A stretch of DNA of 64,000 nt, taken from assembly GCA_964536215.1 (NCBI GenBank), contig CAZHWT010000001.1, positions 15,671 through 79,670 of the forward strand. Direction: 5' to 3'. Below are positions 1 through 8,058 of this stretch, in pieces. A program made the translations under genes and the position numbers. Position 1 is the first letter of the stretch; each line of letters opens with the position of its first letter. The notes under the pieces are model-generated. The model saw only the letters and a list, made by a program, of their open reading frames with translations. It ran no database searches and was not told the origin of the DNA. This stretch comes from an uncultured Candidatus Saccharibacteria bacterium. GTDB taxonomy: Bacteria; Patescibacteriota; CAZHWT01.

Positions 1-366
1 GATTTGCAGAGCAGCGCAATCATAGCCGAAGTAAGGCTGACCGATCTATTTACTTTAGCTCAGCCAAAGCAGTTTGTGCCTCTACCAAAATATCCAGCAG
101 TAGAAGAAGATTTATCGCTATTGGTAGATGAAACAAAGCAGCTAGGGCCAGTCCTCGAGCAGATTGCGTCCAGCCAGCCGTTCGTTGAAACTATTGCCGT
201 AGTGGAAGTGTATCGCCACCCATCGCTAGGCGAGCACAAAAAATCTCCGCTCATTCACCTTGCCTACCGCAAGCCAGATGGAACATTATCAGCTAATGAG
301 GTGGCCGAAGTCCGCCAGCACATTATCGCCACATTAACCAAGGAGGATATTCATGTCAGAGAGTAA
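1..366 (+). CDS. pheT: Phenylalanine--tRNA ligase beta subunit, C-terminal fragment (ferredoxin-fold anticodon-binding domain); truncated by window edge
   Basis: LPKYPAVEEDLSLLV...VEVYRHPSLGEHKKS...AYRKPDGTLSANEV matches the FDX-ACB pattern. Confidence 0.88.
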   Translation, partial: DLQSSAIIAEVRLTDLFTLAQPKQFVPLPKYPAVEEDLSLLVDETKQLGPVLEQIASSQPFVETIAVVEVYRHPSLGEHKKSPLIHLAYRKPDGTLSANEVAEVRQHIIATLTKEDIHVRE

Positions 367-1465
367 GTCTCATACCCGCCCGTTAAAAATTGCCATTTTC
401 GTGGGAGGATCTGGTACCCGATTGTGGCCCATGAGCCGAAAATCTTTCCCTAAGCAATTCCAGAAAATTGTAGGAGAGAAGACAATGTTCCAACAGATGA
501 TTGACCACGTTTTAGCTGGCTACTCTCCAGACGACATCTTTATCTCGACCGCTAAAGAATACGTCGACGAAGTAATCCTGCAGGCGCCAATGCTTAACCC
601 GGATCATATCATCGCTGAGCCAATGCTGCGCGACACTACGGCGGCCGTTGGCTATGCGGCTGTTCATATTGCCAAACGCTTCCCGGACAGTCTTATGGCG
701 ACTATATGGGGCGGCGACCACCTGGTTCGTAATCGGGCTAACTTTATAAAATCTTTTGATACGGCCCATACGTTAGTAGAGAAAGAAAACGTGACGGTGC
801 AGATAAACGTCCGGCCCACTTCTCCTAGCACCGCACTTGGCTATGTTGAAGTTGGGACTCCGGCCTTTGCCGAATATGGCAAGAATATCTACCATTTTAT
901 TCGCCAGGTAGAAAAGCCCGATGCAGCTACCGCCCGAACATTTTTGTCATCGGTCAATTATTTATGGCACTCTGGCTATCGGGTTTGGGACCTTCAGACG
1001 CTGATGCAATTGTACAAACAGCATGTGCCCGAGACGTACCAGGCTTTAATGAACATCAAGGCAGCGTTGGATACCGATCACGAGTCGGAAACAGTGGCCG
1101 AAGAGTATAGCAAGATTGTTAAAAAGTCGATTGATTACACTATTTTTGAGCACTTGGATCCAGATGGGCAGGCAGTCATAGCAGCTGACCTGGGCTGGAA
1201 TGATATTGGCACTTGGCAGGTTCTGCATGATGAGCTAGCTGATAAAGTGACCGATAATGTTACGCAGGGCCAAACTGTTTTAATTGATACTGAAGGTAGT
1301 TTGGTCTATGGCCAAGCCAACAAAATAGTCGCCGTGGTTGGCATGGAAGACGTTGTTGTCGTTGACACTGACGACGCTTTGCTGGTTATTCCCAAAGATC
1401 GAGCCAGCGAAGTTAAGCTAGTCATTGAAGAGTTGAAAGAAAAAAAACTGGACAGGTATTTGTAA
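353..1465 (+). CDS. manC: Mannose-1-phosphate guanylyltransferase (nucleotidyltransferase, no isomerase domain)
   Basis: GGSGTRLWPMSRKSFPKQF, EPMLRDT, VEKP, SIDY, GWNDIGTW and VVVDTDDALLV motifs. Confidence 0.88.
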   Translation: MSESKSHTRPLKIAIFVGGSGTRLWPMSRKSFPKQFQKIVGEKTMFQQMIDHVLAGYSPDDIFISTAKEYVDEVILQAPMLNPDHIIAEPMLRDTTAAVGYAAVHIAKRFPDSLMATIWGGDHLVRNRANFIKSFDTAHTLVEKENVTVQINVRPTSPSTALGYVEVGTPAFAEYGKNIYHFIRQVEKPDAATARTFLSSVNYLWHSGYRVWDLQTLMQLYKQHVPETYQALMNIKAALDTDHESETVAEEYSKIVKKSIDYTIFEHLDPDGQAVIAADLGWNDIGTWQVLHDELADKVTDNVTQGQTVLIDTEGSLVYGQANKIVAVVGMEDVVVVDTDDALLVIPKDRASEVKLVIEELKEKKLDRYL

Positions 1466-1507
1466 TACTTCCAATATTTTCTGTCTGACTCAATAAGCTC
1501 TGCATCT

Positions 1508-1539
1508 GCATAAATGGCTATTTAAATAGCCATTTATGC
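1508..1539. repeat. Perfect 32-bp palindrome between convergent genes (possible bidirectional terminator or protein site)
   Basis: GCATAAATGGCTATTT|AAATAGCCATTTATGC. Confidence 0.8.
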
Positions 1540-1659
1540 CAACATTCCCAATAAAGAGGTTGTAGTTAATAAAATTAGACCATCTAGATGGAAGCGGTTG
1601 AATCCATTCACCTAGCAGATGGAAGCAGAAAGTGGTTTTGTCGAGGGCGACTGGATGTT

Positions 1660-4347
1660 CTAACGGGCAGGAAGAGCCTGGATGCGGGGAGCGAGACTGA
1701 TTGGCCAGCTAGTGGGCGCTGGTAGGGCACTCATTGGTTGAGGATTGGCTCCGACACTGCCTTCGCCGCCAAAGTTAATAGTGATAGAAGCGGAGCCTTC
1801 ATTGCCGTTGGAATCAATGGCCTTTACACCCACCGTATGACTACCGCTCGTGCTCTTGGGTAAATTATACGTGTACTCATAGGGTATGGAGGTTGTAGAG
1901 CTGACCGGCACGTCATCTAGCAAGAACGTAACTTTGGTAATGACGCCGGCTGAAGCAACGTTTGCTTTAACGGTAAACTTGGTACCAACCCGCTGCCCGT
2001 TGGTAGGAGAGGTAATAGTAACGGTTGGGACATCGCCGGCCGTGTGGTACAAGGTTGACGTTTCGGTTGGACATCCCCATGGTGCGCCTTGTTTCTGCAT
2101 CCATTCGTTAGTGTACGATTGCCAGGCAGCTACTGGCTCTTCCAGTTGGGTGCAGACGACTGTTTGAGCATTGCCAGTGGCAATTGTGGCAGAGTTGGCT
2201 AGCTTGCCATTATCCTTATCTATCTGAACCTGTTTAGAGAAGGTGTCGACTTGGGTTGGCTCGGTGCCAGCGACAAAGATTTCTTTCTTGGTCTTAGAGT
2301 AGGGGCCAGGTAGCATGCCAGATATAGCGTCAATTGTTACCTCGGTAATGCCTGATGGCCGCTTAAATTGCTCAACCGGAGTCCCATCCAGAGCTCGCTT
2401 CATAAAGCCGTTCCAGATTGGCGTAGCTCCGGTGGAACCTTGAATACCGTTCATAGGCGTACGGTCAAAGTTTCCTACCCATACAGCTGTGGACAGCGAA
2501 GGCGTGTAGCCAATCGTCCAGGCGTCCCAGTTTTCGTCGGTGGTACCAGTTTTGACGGCAGCTGGACGGCCGATTTCCAGCTTGTTATGGGCGCCAAATA
2601 AGCGTTGACGGGCAGCATTATCCGATAAAATATTCGACAGCAAGTAAACATATTTAGAGTCCACAACCTTCTTGCCTTCGCCGGGCTTGTATTCGTCGAG
2701 TACTTTGCCTGACGGATCTTCTACCTTAAGAATAGCAGTTAACGGTTGCTGCACCCCTTGATTGGCAAAGGTGGAGTACACTTGGGCCATGTCAAACGGA
2801 GTGGCTTCGGCTGAACCTAGGGCTAAAGACAACCCGTACGTTTTAGGATCGTTCATTGAAGTGATGCCTAGCTTGTGAGCCAGGTCCAACATGTTATCTA
2901 TACCTACCATGCCCAACATCTTAACGGCCGGAATGTTGCGGGAGTTAGACAGAGCAACTCTGGGTTGCAATGGTCCCCAGAAGTTGTTGGTGGAGTTGCC
3001 CGGACAATACGGTGGTTCGCCGCCAAAACAAGTGGGCACATCGCCCAGATAAGTACCCAAAGTATACCCTTTGGTAAAAGCGGTCAGGTAGGTAATTGGT
3101 TTGATTGATGAGCCGGGTTGACGCGGACGCTGAATGACGTCTACCTGCCCCTGGTGTTCAGTATCGTTAAAATCTTCGGAACCGACGTAGGCTAAAATTT
3201 CGCCAGTTTTGGGGTCAGAGGCGATGAGGCCGGCATTGCTGGCATTAGCCTTAGCTTTAGCCAGATTGGCGATCTGCTTTTTTACTTCTTCCTCGGCGAT
3301 GACCTGTTTATCATAGTCTAACGTGGTGGTAATTTTAAGGCCGCCTTGCTCGACCGTCTTGGTGCCGTACTGAGCCTCGAGTAGCTGGCGGACATACATA
3401 ACAAAGTGCGGCGCCTTTATATTGTTGGTTCGACCATTAACAAAGGCTAACTCCTGCTTCTCAGCTTCTTCTTTTTGTTTAGCCGTAATTTTGCCTTTAT
3501 CTTCCATCTGGTCAAGCACATAGTGCTGGCGACCGTAGGCCGCATCGGGATTAGTGAATGGATTGTAGCGAGTCGGGGACTGCAACATACCAGCCAGCAG
3601 GGCCGCTTCCGGCAGCTTTAACTCTTTGGCCGTCTTTCCAAAGTAATGATGAGCTGCAGCCTCGATGCCATAGGCGGTGCCACCGTAGGGCATTTCGTTG
3701 AGATAGATTTGCAGAATGTCGTCTTTAGAGTACTTGCGCTCAATCTGGATGGCCAGGATAAGTTCTTTTATTTTACGAATGGGCGTCTGCCGAGCGTCTT
3801 CCAAAATAACGTTCTTAACTAGCTGTTGAGTAATCGTCGAACCGCCACCTTCAATAGAGCGGCTGGTAATATCTTTAAACAGGGCCATTAGGATGCCTTT
3901 AACGTCAAAGCCTTGGTGCTGGTAAAAGCTAGCATCCTCTGCGGCAATGGTAGCGTCTTTGACCTCTTTGGGAATATCTTCCAACTTAAGCAGCGTCCGG
4001 TCATGTTCGCCGTCGTAAATATCGTAGAGTAATTTGCCATTACGATCATAAATTTTGGTCGACTGAGCTACTTCGCGCTGCGTCAGTTTGTCTGGCGAAG
4101 GCAGATCTCGAGAAAAATAGGCAAAGACACCAATAACGCCAATGGTCATAGTAATGGCCATTATTAGGGCGACTGTGGCTGTAATTGTGAGAAAGCGGGC
4201 TCGGCGAGTTCGCTGGCGAGACTTAACGGCAGCCGAGCGACGACGCACCGCACCAGTAGTAGACAGGGTACTTAATCGGCGGCGGCGTTTTGGCATAAGA
4301 GAAGTGATAAAAGAGGGGAGAGTCATGCGATAAAGTGAAACAGACAA
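1660..4347 (-). CDS. Class A penicillin-binding protein (PBP1A family) with C-terminal Ig-like domain; true start may be ATG 4326 or 4296
   Basis: AAEDASF and GGSTITQQLVKN (transglycosylase); SSIK, SRN, KTGT (transpeptidase); N-terminal TM; PTVTITSPTNG Ig-like tail. Confidence 0.93.
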   Translation of the reverse strand: MSVSLYRMTLPSFITSLMPKRRRRLSTLSTTGAVRRRSAAVKSRQRTRRARFLTITATVALIMAITMTIGVIGVFAYFSRDLPSPDKLTQREVAQSTKIYDRNGKLLYDIYDGEHDRTLLKLEDIPKEVKDATIAAEDASFYQHQGFDVKGILMALFKDITSRSIEGGGSTITQQLVKNVILEDARQTPIRKIKELILAIQIERKYSKDDILQIYLNEMPYGGTAYGIEAAAHHYFGKTAKELKLPEAALLAGMLQSPTRYNPFTNPDAAYGRQHYVLDQMEDKGKITAKQKEEAEKQELAFVNGRTNNIKAPHFVMYVRQLLEAQYGTKTVEQGGLKITTTLDYDKQVIAEEEVKKQIANLAKAKANASNAGLIASDPKTGEILAYVGSEDFNDTEHQGQVDVIQRPRQPGSSIKPITYLTAFTKGYTLGTYLGDVPTCFGGEPPYCPGNSTNNFWGPLQPRVALSNSRNIPAVKMLGMVGIDNMLDLAHKLGITSMNDPKTYGLSLALGSAEATPFDMAQVYSTFANQGVQQPLTAILKVEDPSGKVLDEYKPGEGKKVVDSKYVYLLSNILSDNAARQRLFGAHNKLEIGRPAAVKTGTTDENWDAWTIGYTPSLSTAVWVGNFDRTPMNGIQGSTGATPIWNGFMKRALDGTPVEQFKRPSGITEVTIDAISGMLPGPYSKTKKEIFVAGTEPTQVDTFSKQVQIDKDNGKLANSATIATGNAQTVVCTQLEEPVAAWQSYTNEWMQKQGAPWGCPTETSTLYHTAGDVPTVTITSPTNGQRVGTKFTVKANVASAGVITKVTFLLDDVPVSSTTSIPYEYTYNLPKSTSGSHTVGVKAIDSNGNEGSASITINFGGEGSVGANPQPMSALPAPTSWPISLAPRIQALPAR

Positions 4348-4587
4348 TATTATATCATAGTGGTGGGATTATCTGTGATATAATAGAGGAAATTGAATGG
4401 CGAGTACAAAGCTGGACAGCTTTCAAAATGCGGAAATAGAAATTTGAAATACGAAACAAATCCGAAGAGCAAATATCAAAGCAGCACTAATTTTTCTGGT
4501 ATCTGATTTTAAGTTTGTTTCGCATCTCATATTTCGACATTTCGTTTTTCGCTTTACCCTCTCCGCTTTGTGCTCAGGTTCTATACT

Positions 4588-5799
4588 ATGCCAAATACCA
4601 ATCACCACCAATTAATAACTCGGGCCATTGATACGATTTTACCTACCCCGGCCGCTTTTGAGCAATTGCTGGATAAAGCGGAAGCCGAAGGTCGCCAACT
4701 GCGCGGGTATTACGGGATTGATCCGACATCACCTCATTTACACATTGGCCATACTGTCGGCATGAATGCTTTAGCGCGCTTTCAACAGGCCGGACATAAG
4801 GCTATTTTGCTGATTGGTGATTTTACCGGTAGATTAGGGGATCCGGACAAGCTATCCATCCGCCAGCCATTAACCAAGGAACAGGTTGAGGCTAACATGG
4901 CTACCTACCTAGAGCAGGTTGGAACTATTTTGGATTTTGACGGCGATAACCCAGTGGAGGTGCGTTACAACTCGGAGTGGAGCGACACCATGCGCTTTGA
5001 GGAGATTGTAAAGCTGGCGGCACACTTTACGGTTCAGCAGATGTTAGAGCGGGATATGTTTCAGCGGCGAATTGAGGAGCAGCGGCCAATTTCACTGTCC
5101 GAATTCTTTTATCCGTTAATGCAAGGGTATGACGCAGTGGCTTTAGAGGCCGACGTACAATTTGGGGGTACTGATCAGATTTTTAATATGCTGGCTGGCC
5201 GGACACTTAATCGTGTTTTGGCCGATCGGGAGATGATGGTAGTAGCCGTACCACTGCTAGCGGATGGTAATGGGGTTAAAATTGGCAAAACCATGGGTAA
5301 CGCTATTAATATTGATAATCCGCCTAATGAACTGTACGGCCAGATGATGAGCTTGCCGGACGAAGTAATTGTGCCGGGCCTGACATTACTAACCGAGGCA
5401 CCTGAAGATGAGATCGCTCAAACAGCTACCAGATTAAAGGCTGGCGATAATCCCATGGCGGCCAAAAAGCGGCTGGCCTGGCTGATTATTGAGAAGTATC
5501 ATGGCCAGTCATCGGCGGATAGCGCTCAGTCTCATTTTGAGCATACTGTTCAGGGCGGATCTGCTCCTGAACAAATTGAGGACCGAGTTTTGGATCGGGC
5601 TGATTGGGATATTGTTGATCTACTGGTAGAGCTTGGACTGACTGATAGCAAAGCCCAAGCCCGGCGGTTGTTTGAGCAGGGTGGCATTGAAGTGGACGAG
5701 CAACGCCTAACCGAGCGGCAAGTGCATATTGATGATAAAATTCTGTTGAAGGTAGGGAAGAGGACTTATCTGAATGTGCACGTGTCTAGGGAAGCGTAA
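4588..5799 (+). CDS. tyrS: Tyrosine--tRNA ligase
   Basis: GIDPTSPHLHIGH, YPLMQGYD, GGTDQ, KIGKT (KMSKS-like), C-terminal S4-like domain; ATG at 4588 preferred over GTG 4570. Confidence 0.96.
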   Translation: MPNTNHHQLITRAIDTILPTPAAFEQLLDKAEAEGRQLRGYYGIDPTSPHLHIGHTVGMNALARFQQAGHKAILLIGDFTGRLGDPDKLSIRQPLTKEQVEANMATYLEQVGTILDFDGDNPVEVRYNSEWSDTMRFEEIVKLAAHFTVQQMLERDMFQRRIEEQRPISLSEFFYPLMQGYDAVALEADVQFGGTDQIFNMLAGRTLNRVLADREMMVVAVPLLADGNGVKIGKTMGNAINIDNPPNELYGQMMSLPDEVIVPGLTLLTEAPEDEIAQTATRLKAGDNPMAAKKRLAWLIIEKYHGQSSADSAQSHFEHTVQGGSAPEQIEDRVLDRADWDIVDLLVELGLTDSKAQARRLFEQGGIEVDEQRLTERQVHIDDKILLKVGKRTYLNVHVSREA

Positions 5800-6210
5800 A
5801 ACTTAGAGCTGAGAGCGTAAAGCCACAATGCAAAGTAACTAAAATAAGAATTTAGAAAATCGAAATACGAATCAACCTCGAAATCAGAATATTTAAATGA
5901 AAATGTCACATTATACTGTTCGTTTTTCTCATTTGTTTCGTATTTCAATTTTCTAGATGCTATATTTGCCAACTTTTAGCTTTGGATTTGCGCTATACAT
6001 ATTTGCGCTTTTAACTTGCTTGAAAGGATCTTTTTATGCCATCGTCTACACCAAAACATCATCGGGTAATATTCTCAATCGTCCTAGTTATTTCTATTTT
6101 GGCGATTGTTCTCTTTTCATTGTCCCCACTATTTATGGCTCAGAACTATCAATAGGTGGTAGCTAGGGGGTGGCAAGAAAACCTCGCTCCTCGTACCCTC
6201 GTGAATGAGT

Positions 6211-6239
6211 TTGACGCAGGTCAGAACGTCTTTTATACT
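6211..6239 (+). promoter_or_regulatory. Sigma70-type promoter of leader module 1
   Basis: TTGACG-17 nt-TATACT, with ATG 6 nt downstream. Confidence 0.75.
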
Positions 6240-6245
6240 ATGTAT

Positions 6246-6317
6246 ATGTCTCTAGTTCGACAGACAGCTTTTTGGTTTTACTTTAACCGGATTCAGTTCG
6301 CGGAGGTAAGAGTGTAG
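6246..6317 (+). CDS. Putative leaderless leader peptide 1, MSLVRQTAFWFYFNRIQFAEVRV
   Basis: ATG at the predicted TSS; aromatic codon run FWFYF; ORF end overlaps the antiterminator strand. Confidence 0.55.
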   Translation: MSLVRQTAFWFYFNRIQFAEVRV

Positions 6318-6374
6318 CCTATAAGAAAAGTTAGCAATAAACGGTTTTAACTCTCCCTCCCGGGGGAGTTTTTT
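6286..6374 (+). promoter_or_regulatory. Attenuator-like element copy 1 (antiterminator strand plus intrinsic terminator)
   Basis: CGGAGGTAAGAGT (6301-6313) can pair with ACTCTCCCTCCCG, the 5' arm of hairpin AACTCTCC-CTCCCG-GGGGAGTT followed by a T run. Confidence 0.7.
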
Positions 6375-6656
6375 ATTGCTACGAACAATGGGGCATCCGC
6401 TTATCCGACATTCCTAACATGCCATTTTCTATGATCACTAGGCACCCCAGGATACCCCGGTATGAGTTAGGAATTATGAATTACGAATTACGAGTTACGA
6501 GGAACGAATAAACGGACGAGTAGGCAAAATTAAAATTGGAATAAGAGCCAAAAACAAAAAACTACTTTTGAGAGGCGGATAGGATGTTGCCCCGTTGAGA
6601 GGCGGGCAACCTCTGTCCAAGGAAGGTTGAGAGAGGAAAGGAAGGGGGAGAGGCGT

Positions 6657-6938
6657 ATGTCATACGCTGAGCTGGCAGAAGTTGGCCTATTATTAGTGGC
6701 AGCAAGCTGGCTAGGCTGGACTTACTGTCGCTGGGAGCCGGGTTGGAGGTGGCATGAGGCGCTGGCCATAGTGATCATAGAGATGCTTCTGGCTCACCGC
6801 ATGGCCCAGTCGCATTCCTGGTCAGACTATCTTACTCGGCTATTCTGGCTAAATACCACACTTTTGTTGGTGTGGCTAACACTCCGCTTGGGCCATCGCA
6901 GTGGTGCACTAGAAGGGGAAGACAATGGGGTTGATTAA
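6657..6938 (+). CDS. Hypothetical small membrane protein (about 3 TM segments)
   Basis: Purine-rich SD before ATG 6657; hydrophobic, Trp-rich segments. Confidence 0.55.
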   Translation: MSYAELAEVGLLLVAASWLGWTYCRWEPGWRWHEALAIVIIEMLLAHRMAQSHSWSDYLTRLFWLNTTLLLVWLTLRLGHRSGALEGEDNGVD

Positions 6939-7161
6939 CCAAATAACGTCTAAGGGACGCGAAGCTGAGGTGTTACCGCGACGACCAAGTGACCCAGCTA
7001 ACGTTCAGGCGCTTTGGCGACCAGGGCAGCTTCGCTATCGGGCTATCTGCCCAGATTGCGGACTGACTCAAGCGTCGCCTTCACTCAGATCGTCCGATGC
7101 TGAGGATTGGCTTCAGGCTCACCGTATACAGTGCGGCAGTCTCAGTCCAGCCTGCGACTGA
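6925..7161 (+). CDS. Hypothetical small protein with putative Zn finger (CPDC...H..QC)
   Basis: SD AAGGGG, overlap with upstream ORF, Cys/His spacing, hairpin downstream at 7174-7196. Confidence 0.55.
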   Translation: MGLINQITSKGREAEVLPRRPSDPANVQALWRPGQLRYRAICPDCGLTQASPSLRSSDAEDWLQAHRIQCGSLSPACD

Positions 7162-7173
7162 GCTATGCCTTAT

Positions 7174-7204
7174 GGCGGAACAGTTTCTGTTCCGCCAACT
7201 TTTA
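7174..7204 (+). terminator. Probable intrinsic terminator
   Basis: GGCGGAACAG-TTT-CTGTTCCGCC followed by AACTTTTA. Confidence 0.55.
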
Positions 7205-7285
7205 TAAAAAAGGATAATGAAGCATAAACATCCCAACCTTACGCCTGCTACCTGGCTACCTTGCAATCTTGCAACCTAAAGTCAT

Positions 7286-7314
7286 TTGACATCTCTCGCT
7301 CAGAGGCGGATAAT
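7286..7314 (+). promoter_or_regulatory. Sigma70-type promoter of leader module 2
   Basis: TTGACA-17 nt-GATAAT, with ATG at 7322. Confidence 0.7.
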
Positions 7315-7321
7315 ACGTGCC

Positions 7322-7408
7322 ATGCACCAGCCAGGCATACAAACGATTACCACCATTAAGATTAAGATGACCGGAACGAAAGTTTACGGAGGTAAGAGTT
7401 TAGCCTAG
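7322..7408 (+). CDS. Putative leaderless leader peptide 2, MHQPGIQTITTIKIKMTGTKVYGGKSLA
   Basis: ATG at the predicted TSS; Thr/Ile/Lys-rich run; ORF end overlaps the antiterminator strand. Confidence 0.5.
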   Translation: MHQPGIQTITTIKIKMTGTKVYGGKSLA

Positions 7409-7464
7409 CCATTTTTTAAATTTAGAAATCGACTAAAAGCTCTTCCTCCCGGAAGAGCTTTTTT
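7370..7464 (+). promoter_or_regulatory. Attenuator-like element copy 2
   Basis: ACCGGA...CGGAGGTAAGAGTTTAGCCTA, then terminator AAAAGCTCTTCC-TCCC-GGAAGAGCTTTTTT; same motif as 6286-6374. Confidence 0.72.
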
Positions 7465-7602
7465 AATTTGCAGTATGTTGAGGAGGTAGAAATGGGAAGG
7501 TAAGCATAAAGGTAAAAGCGGTTTCAGCTGATGCGCTTTAAGATCTTAGAGCGCATCATTGGCACCGTGGGCACCGAAAGAGACATTCAAAAGGAGACGG
7601 AG

Positions 7603-7914
7603 ATGGCTAGTATTACTGGCCAATCAATTCAAACGTCGCTGCTAGTAGTCAGGACGCAAGCCATGCATCGGATCATTTGCCATTGCCGAGAGAGAGGGCC
7701 GAGAGATGGCCGGCTGAGACCAACTCTGTGTCAGATGCAGCATCGAGACTTGGCTGAAGTCTGCCTTATGCTGCAACAACACTGGCAGGAGAATCATCCC
7801 GAACTGATGATTGAGCCGGTCATGTTTCATAGCATGAGCCGGGCCAAGTTGCTGACATGGCTGAGAGGGTCTGGCTATGACGTCCAGCAGTACCCAGTAG
7901 AGGAGAGAGTCTAG
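7603..7914 (+). CDS. Hypothetical protein (Cys/His-rich)
   Basis: SD AAGGAG before ATG 7603; ORF is open from 7531. Confidence 0.5.
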   Translation: MASITGQSIQTSLLVVRTQAMHRIICHCRERGPRDGRLRPTLCQMQHRDLAEVCLMLQQHWQENHPELMIEPVMFHSMSRAKLLTWLRGSGYDVQQYPVEERV

Positions 7915-8058
7915 TTGGGGCAAAAACAACGCTGTTTTTGCCCCTTTCCCTTGACTGGAATGCTACGAATGGGTTTTTAGTTTGTGGTTTATAGTTTATA
8001 GTTATACGAATGATACGAATTGCCATAACCCATTAACGATAAACGATAAACGAATTAT

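Noticed and set aside
4423-6166. Short ORFs at 4423-4611, 5766-5972 and 5957-6166
   Set aside because: They run through AT-rich heptamer-repeat spacers or overlap tyrS, with no start signals or protein-like features.
6200-6380. T-box riboswitch linked to tyrS
   Set aside because: It lies downstream of tyrS and lacks the GGTGGNACC T-box and Stem I motifs.
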